64,000 bases of DNA from Candidatus Poribacteria bacterium. Its GTDB lineage: Bacteria; Poribacteria; WGA-4E; WGA-3G. A model generated the notes under the pieces. The model was given only the letters and a program-made list of their open reading frames with translations, was not told the origin of the DNA and made no database searches. Positions 58,323-64,000 of this stretch are shown here, piece by piece. A program made the position numbers and the translations under genes. Location of the stretch: the NCBI GenBank assembly GCA_003635315.1, contig PYJD01000031.1, positions 157,958 to 221,957 on the forward strand. Direction: 5' to 3'. Position 1 is the stretch's first letter, and each line of letters opens with the position of its first letter.

Positions 58323-58680
58323 TAGAGTTGGTTTGGAACCGAATGGAACTCCTTATGGTGTATACACCTTTGCTATAAACATTCCGTCCCTACGAGACTC
58401 CTTATGGTGTTTACACCTTTGCTATAAACATTCCGTCCCTATGGAACTCACTATGGTGTTTACACCTTTGCTATAAACATTCCGTCCCTACGGGACTCAC
58501 TATGGTGTTTACACCTTTGCTATAAACATTCCGTCCCTACGGGACTCCTTATGGTGTATACACTTTTGCTATAAACATATCGTCCCAATGGGACTAAAGA
58601 CATCAATATCAGACAACTATAAACCACTAAGTTGACACTTATGGGGTTTCGTTCCTCAACCCAACCTACAAGAGGTGCTG
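58323..58680 (-). repeat. Family-B tandem array: 6 units of 49 bp (27-bp hairpin repeat + 22-bp palindromic GGTGTATACACC-containing segment) ending in the family-B leader/terminal-inverted-repeat segment
   Basis: Plus strand reads (CTATAAACATTCCGTCCCTACGGGACT + CCTTATGGTGTATACACCTTTG) x~5, then ...CTAAGTTGACACTTATGGGGTTTCGTTCCTCAACCCAACCTACAAGAGG. The 22-bp segments are near-identical, so they are not CRISPR spacers. Confidence 0.7.
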
Positions 58681-59454
58681 CCATATACCTTTCGTCTCTC
58701 CGTGGATTTGACTCATCCAACTTGAGAGATGCAGTATTAATTACTATAACGTTAATTTATATTGGATATCAATCTCCTTTCAGAAGTTTCGATTCATCAA
58801 TTTAGAATTTGTCTAAAAACGGGAAAATGTTACACTTTTTCCTACATTCTGTAGGATTTTTTTTCGGTGAAATTATGGCTTTTAGACCAGTGCTGTACTG
58901 GGTTCAGCACCATCAATTTAGAGGAAAGCACAATTATGTATTTTTTCATTTTTGTGTTATTTTTCTGATTTCTGTTTTTTGTGTAAAATTATCACATATG
59001 TTAATATTTCGTTGATAATTATGAGTTGTTAGTTTATAGTTATCAATTAGCGATTGTTGGTTGTCAGATAAAGGAATATCTGCCCAAGGAATTACTGTAT
59101 ATCTCATGGTCTTTTTTTGAGATATTTCTATATATTTTCTGATCCAGAATGAGCTGAATTTAATTGAGAAAGTTACGATACTGTAACTTTTTTCATGTAT
59201 ATCTTTCATTTTGAAATAGTATAATCCTTGATTTTAGTTTTTCAAGTTTTTCAAGTCGGTTTTTAAAATCTCCCAATTTGGAGTGTCTTTCAGTAATTCT
59301 GGCACTATGCTCTTAAAGGAAATCATTTACAGTGCGAATGAATTGACTTTATATGGTTCGTTATTGTTTATAGATGTTGTACCGATTCTAAGAATGATGT
59401 TGCATAACAAGCTAATTTGGATATCATCTCATACTGTCTAACCTAAAGGTTATG

Positions 59455-59883
59455 CTAAAATAAAGAAACATATTCATTTAGAAATAGTATTAGAACTCAT
59501 AGTCGAAAATTACACTTTTAATCCTAATATACAGACAACGTAATAAGGTGCAAAAACAGACCTTTAATCCTAAATTCCCCATTGAAAAATTGTGAAAATG
59601 TTGAATTTTTCAATTCGCTGAAAAAGTGAAAAAAGTTACACCTTTTGACACATTCTGTGTCATTGAAATTGGTGTAAATAACCCCTCTAAGCTCTTTCAT
59701 AGACTGACTTTACTCCACTTTGAATTAACTTTTTAAGAATTTGTAAAAAGTGTGATTTTGTGTTTTTGTTGTCCATGCTAATTTTGACAATTTCAACATG
59801 GGTATTATAGTTGATTTTTCGACATAAATATAGTTGTGGTATTTAGGATCGTTTTTATAGGTTGTCATCATTTATTCTCTTAT
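59455..59883 (-). repeat. ~420-bp non-coding element, copy 2 (inverted relative to 18550..18968)
   Basis: See copy 1. The adjacent 59400..59455 carries a MITE-A-like core (TAGCATAACCtttaGGTTAGAC). Confidence 0.7.
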
Positions 59884-60204
59884 TATTTCTTTCTTATTAA
59901 GGTTATGATTTTAAGTTTTACATATCTCATAAATCAGATATTTGGTGATGTTTTTATCTTGCTCTTTGCTTTATATGGAAACAACGGGCGGGTTTTTTAT
60001 ATATAATTTGGCCGCCCCAACGAATTTGATCAACTAAAAATAAACAATCGTTAATAAGTATTATACAAATATATTTTGATTTTGACAAGTTAATTTGCTG
60101 AATTTATTTGTCTTATGTCTTTTAGTGGGTTGTGGTTTGGATTTTATTCAATTTTTTTTAATTAGGTATCAGACTTTTAGTTTATTTTCTTAATTGCGGA
60201 TTTT

Positions 60205-60470
60205 ACGGAGAAGAGGGTTGGTGGCAAGTGGGTGGTTTTGTTAAGTGATGGTTTCTTGTCATGTCTGAATCGCGGAATACGCGGATGACATGGAATACAC
60301 GGATAAGAGGGTTGGGATAAGGTGAGTGGTCTTGATAAGTTCTGGTTTCTTGGGATGTCTGAATCTTGGATTTCACGGATTTCTCGGAACTGGGTTTGTC
60401 TGAATCGCAGATTACGCGGATGACACGGTTAAGAGGTTTTTGTTGGCGGAACGATCGAATCAAGGAATCA
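60205..60470. repeat. Non-coding tandem repeat, ~92 bp x ~2.7 (…TGTCTGAATCGCGGAATACGCGGATGACATGG…)
   Basis: Three recurrences of TTTCTTGnnATGTCTGAATC...ACGCGGATGACA(T/C)GG with GGTTGG-rich spacers. Confidence 0.6.
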
Positions 60471-60538
60471 ACAGTATGAATGCCATTTAGACATTCCCTG
60501 CTTTAACGTAAACACCTGTAGTTTCAACCGAAAATAAC

Positions 60539-60942
60539 CTAAAATTGTTCTATTGTATTTGTCCAAGTTAATTCTTGTTGTATACGTTGTTGTCCTGCTC
60601 TGCCAAACTGTTTTCGTTTCTCTGGGTTTTCTAATAGCGTTATAATAGCGGTTGCTAAAGCATCCACGTTTTTCTCACCTACCAAGAGACCTGTTTCGCC
60701 ATCTTTTACGACAATAGGTATACCTGAAATATTTGAGGAAACCACAGGTTTCCACACGCCATCGCTTCTAAAATTACAATTGGACATCCATCCACATTGC
60801 CTTTGGGATCAAAGACTGCGGGGAGCACAAAGAGATCACAAAAATGAAAGTAGGTGGGAACGTTTTCGCGGTTTATCGTGCCGGGGAATCGAAAGATATT
60901 TGCGACGTTATGTTCATCTGCAAGCGTTTTCAGACGCGGCAA
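60539..60942 (-). pseudogene. Truncated, frameshifted GT4 (group 1) glycosyltransferase remnant (C-terminal domain only)
   Basis: Two overlapping frames give ...CDLFVLPAVFDPKGNVDGCPIVILEAMACG / ...VVSSNISGIPIVVKDGETGLLVGEKNVDALATAI... (EAMAxG and GG..E..DG.TG GT4 motifs). The N-terminal domain is absent. Confidence 0.6.
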
Positions 60943-61229
60943 GTCAGTCCCATCTCCACCAATAATGACTGTTACATTCCGAACCTTTTTTGAACATGAG
61001 GCAGTGCATGAATCAGAACGTCATATCCTTTTTTTACACAATCCGTCCTAAAGCGAAAACAACGAGATCATTAAGTTTTCGCTCCGCTGCAGCCACCGTG
61101 CCTCATCACTATTCCAATGTGCGTCTAACGATAATAACCTTGGAATACTAATTATCAATAGGTGCAGCATACAAACACTGGGATAAATTTTCTCATATTG
61201 CGTTTTCAATGTGTAAGGCTTTTTTTAGT

Positions 61230-62222
61230 TTAATCTGGGAAACGCAGGTCTTTTTCATCAATTGGGATGTTAAAGACGGCTTTATGTACCTGCATTGTTG
61301 TTTTTCTGAATCCTTGTTGTGTAACAGGATCGTAACCTAATGATAAGGTTGCAGTTTTCGGAAACCAGAGATCCTGATTAAACTGTTCAATGTGGAATGC
61401 GGTATTAATTCGACTGATGACAATCCTAGGTGGTCGGCGTATACGGGTTCCATCTGAACGTTTTATACTACTTTGTGCTATCTGTTTTGTAGTTCTTAGA
61501 GTGCGTGTCGGACGATAACCTTTCATCGGATCTACCCATAGCTGTTCGGTCATGGAACTCTTCTCGCTATGAACTCGATGTAAAGTAAGTAAATAGAGTG
61601 GAACACCATCGACTTCAACTTGTTCAACCTTAATTGGAGGCGCGAACTTGATTAGGAATGCAAAACTGAACACACCAGGATTCCATCCCCAACTGCGGGG
61701 GGTAAACTCTGATCTAAAGATGAGTTTATCTATTGGTTGTGGATGCTGAACCCAGCCGGTATCCTTTAGTTCTCTAATCAACATTTTTTCATTATGAATC
61801 TGAAATTGGTAGTGTTTCTCTGTCCAGTTTCGAAGAGGCTCTCCGTTGAATTCCATCTTTTTACGTATTCTAACGTCGTAAAATCGTCGCGATCCCTCAA
61901 AATTATAAACGATGTGCCAAGTGCCTACGTTTTCAAACTCTACTTTTTTTACCTTCTGTTTCTGATTCTGTAAAAGTTTACCCAGCGTGACGGTAAACTC
62001 GACTTTACCGCTTTTGAGTTTTTTGTTATAATCCTCAACACCTTTTTTAATTTGTTCTAACAATTGTGCGCTTTCTTTAGATAACTCTACTTCATTCTCA
62101 GGGAAGAGACTGCCTCCAGATTCAGCTTTCTCAGATGCGAAGATGTCATAATGAAACAGGAAAGATAGCGTCAAACTTAATAACAGAAATGGAATCTTGT
62201 TTGATTTGTTGTTTAATAACAT
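61230..62222 (-). CDS. Secreted hypothetical protein (paralog of 62222..63403); possible LolA/LppX-like lipoprotein-carrier fold
   Basis: Signal peptide. Shared motifs with the upstream gene: GTW...F.G, PR.WGWN, GYRP.R, DLWFP. Confidence 0.3.
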   Translation of the reverse strand: MLLNNKSNKIPFLLLSLTLSFLFHYDIFASEKAESGGSLFPENEVELSKESAQLLEQIKKGVEDYNKKLKSGKVEFTVTLGKLLQNQKQKVKKVEFENVGTWHIVYNFEGSRRFYDVRIRKKMEFNGEPLRNWTEKHYQFQIHNEKMLIRELKDTGWVQHPQPIDKLIFRSEFTPRSWGWNPGVFSFAFLIKFAPPIKVEQVEVDGVPLYLLTLHRVHSEKSSMTEQLWVDPMKGYRPTRTLRTTKQIAQSSIKRSDGTRIRRPPRIVISRINTAFHIEQFNQDLWFPKTATLSLGYDPVTQQGFRKTTMQVHKAVFNIPIDEKDLRFPD

Positions 62223-63403
62223 TAGTCGTTTTCTCCTACTGTGTATGTTTCTCGGCTATGCATATCAACAACTGTTGTTCCGGATGGCGGATCTATTGAG
62301 AAACGAGATGAAGGGATGTGTTCGTTAACCCTAACGTCTGTAAGGGTCATCGTGGCAGATTCAATATTTGTTGCTTCACCTGTTTCAGTATTGATTATAG
62401 TTGTAACTGATTGAGCGGATGCAGGGAACCAAAGATCAGGCGCAACTTCTTGAAAATTGAAGTCTTTCGTCACCCGTACCTGAGACGTTCCTTCACTATG
62501 TAAAGAATACACAAATCGTTCTGGTCTATAACTTTTTTCTGGATTCAACCATAGATAAACATCAGCTCCTGCCTCTGAAGAGCTGCCTTTAATATGATAA
62601 ACCTGACTTCCATTCCATTCCACTGGTTGGATGTCTTTAATGTCCAATCTATCAATCAGATTAACAAGAGGTTCTTCCCCACTGAGATTCCAACCCCAGA
62701 AACGAGGATCGTGAGAAGGATTATGCATTATTTTGTTGCGGCGTGTTAACTTTTTACCGTTGGGTGTATCACGGAGCAGCTCAAAAGTTTCCCCATTGTT
62801 TGCAAATTCGTGTGTACCCGAACGTTGAGTTTCCTCAAATTTACCACCATATTGTGTAGCATTTTCTGTCACGGTACCTCTAACTTGACTCCCTGAAAAT
62901 TCAAAAGTCCCTTCCCAAGTTCCCGATGGAATTCTTGGTATACCAGGGTAGTCATTACTCGTCATTACCAGTGAAAACTTCACACTTGCACTTTCAAGGA
63001 AACTGTCGTAGTAAGAAATACCTTCACGTACGAGTTCAATCATCTCATCTTGACTGGTGGTAACATTTGATGCTATTCCATTCGGTATGGTATCAGTTCT
63101 TTCATCCTGGGTTTCTTGTTGTATTTCATCTAAAAAATCAAGTGCTTCTTTTATTTCATTATCATCTGGTGCCTTTTCAGATGTCTGAGCATTTTCCTTT
63201 TCCGGATTCGTGGATAAAATTCCGGTAGCTTGTTTAGAATCCGAGACTTGAATCTCATCAGTACCACGTTGCTTTTTATTTACTTTTTCAACTATAACGG
63301 CATTATTAGATGTCTTCCAATAGATGAAAAATAATAGTGACATGAGTATAAACACAGCCATAGCACCTATTAATATTCTTCTTTGTGAAAGTTTTCTGAG
63401 CAT
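62222..63403 (-). CDS. Membrane-anchored hypothetical protein (N-terminal TM + acidic linker + domain paralogous to 61230..62222)
   Basis: TM helix ILIGAMAVFILMSLLFFIYW; same motif set as the downstream paralog. Confidence 0.3.
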   Translation of the reverse strand: MLRKLSQRRILIGAMAVFILMSLLFFIYWKTSNNAVIVEKVNKKQRGTDEIQVSDSKQATGILSTNPEKENAQTSEKAPDDNEIKEALDFLDEIQQETQDERTDTIPNGIASNVTTSQDEMIELVREGISYYDSFLESASVKFSLVMTSNDYPGIPRIPSGTWEGTFEFSGSQVRGTVTENATQYGGKFEETQRSGTHEFANNGETFELLRDTPNGKKLTRRNKIMHNPSHDPRFWGWNLSGEEPLVNLIDRLDIKDIQPVEWNGSQVYHIKGSSSEAGADVYLWLNPEKSYRPERFVYSLHSEGTSQVRVTKDFNFQEVAPDLWFPASAQSVTTIINTETGEATNIESATMTLTDVRVNEHIPSSRFSIDPPSGTTVVDMHSRETYTVGEND

Positions 63404-63727
63404 GTTTAGTTCTCCTTACTATAATTCGCGCAATTTATTGGTTTTCCAAGTAAATCTTCAATTGTAATAAATCCGAATATGTAGAACTTATATCATAATC
63501 ATATATTTGGAAGATTCTTTAATCTTACCAACTATATATTGAAACAACGAACGAGTCGTATTTATGAGATATACTGTAGAAAGTACAGATGATGGAGTTA
63601 AAAAAGCAATTAAAACTCCATCATCTGTTCTATTAAAAAGACAAGTTATGAACTGGTAACTGGGACTAAGTTGCCATTTTCATCAAGAACACAGGGTTTA
63701 TCTCGTGGTTCATTTGTAACGCCATTA

Positions 63728-64000
63728 TTTTTCCTCTGTTTCAGGACTTACAGTGCCTCCACCAAAAAGTGAGGGGAGGTTAAGATGTACTTCTTTTCCA
63801 TTTTTGTCAGTGTAACTGACTTTACGCACTTCAATGCAAGTCACCGTGCGTTCCAAGAAAGTATCCCCAACGTTAACAGTGAGCCTGCGGTGTTTTGGAT
63901 GATTGCTCAGTATAATAGCCTTATTTTTTGAAGGGTCAGCATACGTTATTGTACCGATGAGTTCTAACTTTAACGTCCACTGGTATTTCTTATATCCGAG
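63728..64000 (-). CDS. 3' end of an unidentified gene (partial; 5' part outside window)
   Basis: Open frame on minus strand to window edge: ...KVSYTDKNGKEVHLNLPSLFGGGTVSPETEEK*. Confidence 0.3.

Noticed and set aside
58323-58620. Possible CRISPR array (27-bp repeat + 22-bp spacer, 5-6 units)
   Set aside because: All 'spacers' are essentially the same palindromic sequence (GGTGTATACACC-containing). It is a 49-bp tandem repeat, not repeat-spacer.
60854-61229. An intact N-terminal half of the GT4 glycosyltransferase upstream of the fragments at 60539..60942
   Set aside because: No open frame with GT4 N-domain motifs is present. The space is taken by non-coding sequence and the next gene (61230..62222), so the glycosyltransferase is a truncated pseudogene.

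Overview
This window is AT-rich bacterial chromosomal DNA with standard TAA/TAG/TGA stops. The lineage looks FCB-group-like. Evidence for that is a T9SS-type C-terminal sorting domain on a secreted protease, an lpxL-lptC-lptA-lptB-rpoN-hpf cluster, and frequent AGGAGG-type ribosome-binding sites. No rRNA or tRNA genes were found.

The housekeeping backbone comprises the following genes:
- pstA-like/pstB/phoU, preceded by the 3' end of another pstB
- MscS, an APC/CCC-type transporter, and gap-tpiA-secG
- UxaC-like isomerase, MazG-like hydrolase, 6-phosphogluconolactonase, gatB, aldo/keto reductase, TPR-SLT lytic transglycosylase, nadB, hotdog thioesterase, valS and a MATE transporter

These genes are interrupted by unusually long non-coding, repeat-rich stretches at about 12.0-13.9 kb, 18.1-19.25 kb, 22.8-23.3 kb, 24.4-28.9 kb and 58.26-60.5 kb.

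The most notable observations are:
1. An unannotated SelW/Rdx-family selenoprotein gene at 34720..34950 (-) with an in-frame TGA (CxxU motif) and a SECIS-like hairpin starting 11 nt downstream. It has its own promoter, ribosome-binding site and terminator, and is missed by the ORF track.
2. A single-chain MmeI-like Type IIL restriction-modification enzyme followed by an Rpn/YhgA-like nuclease. The pair sits in an accessory segment bounded by mobile repeats.
3. Two families of structured miniature repeats show compensatory base changes in their hairpins. MITE-A has nested inverted repeats with a core CACAAACTnnnAGTTTGTG. Family-B has GTCCCnnnGGGAC-GGAATGTTTATAG units, in 49-50 bp CRISPR-like tandem arrays whose 'spacers' are not unique.
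4. A ~420-bp non-coding element is present twice, in inverted orientation about 41 kb apart, with motif fragments elsewhere.
5. A ~130-bp hairpin terminator module is duplicated downstream of two minus-strand genes.
6. A decayed zone at 24.4-27.1 kb holds an IS3 transposase fragment, a dockerin/T9SS-tail pseudogene copied from the 3' end of the 19253..22210 protease gene, and a frameshifted outer-membrane-protein pseudogene.

All functional calls rest on motif recognition by eye. No database searches were run.
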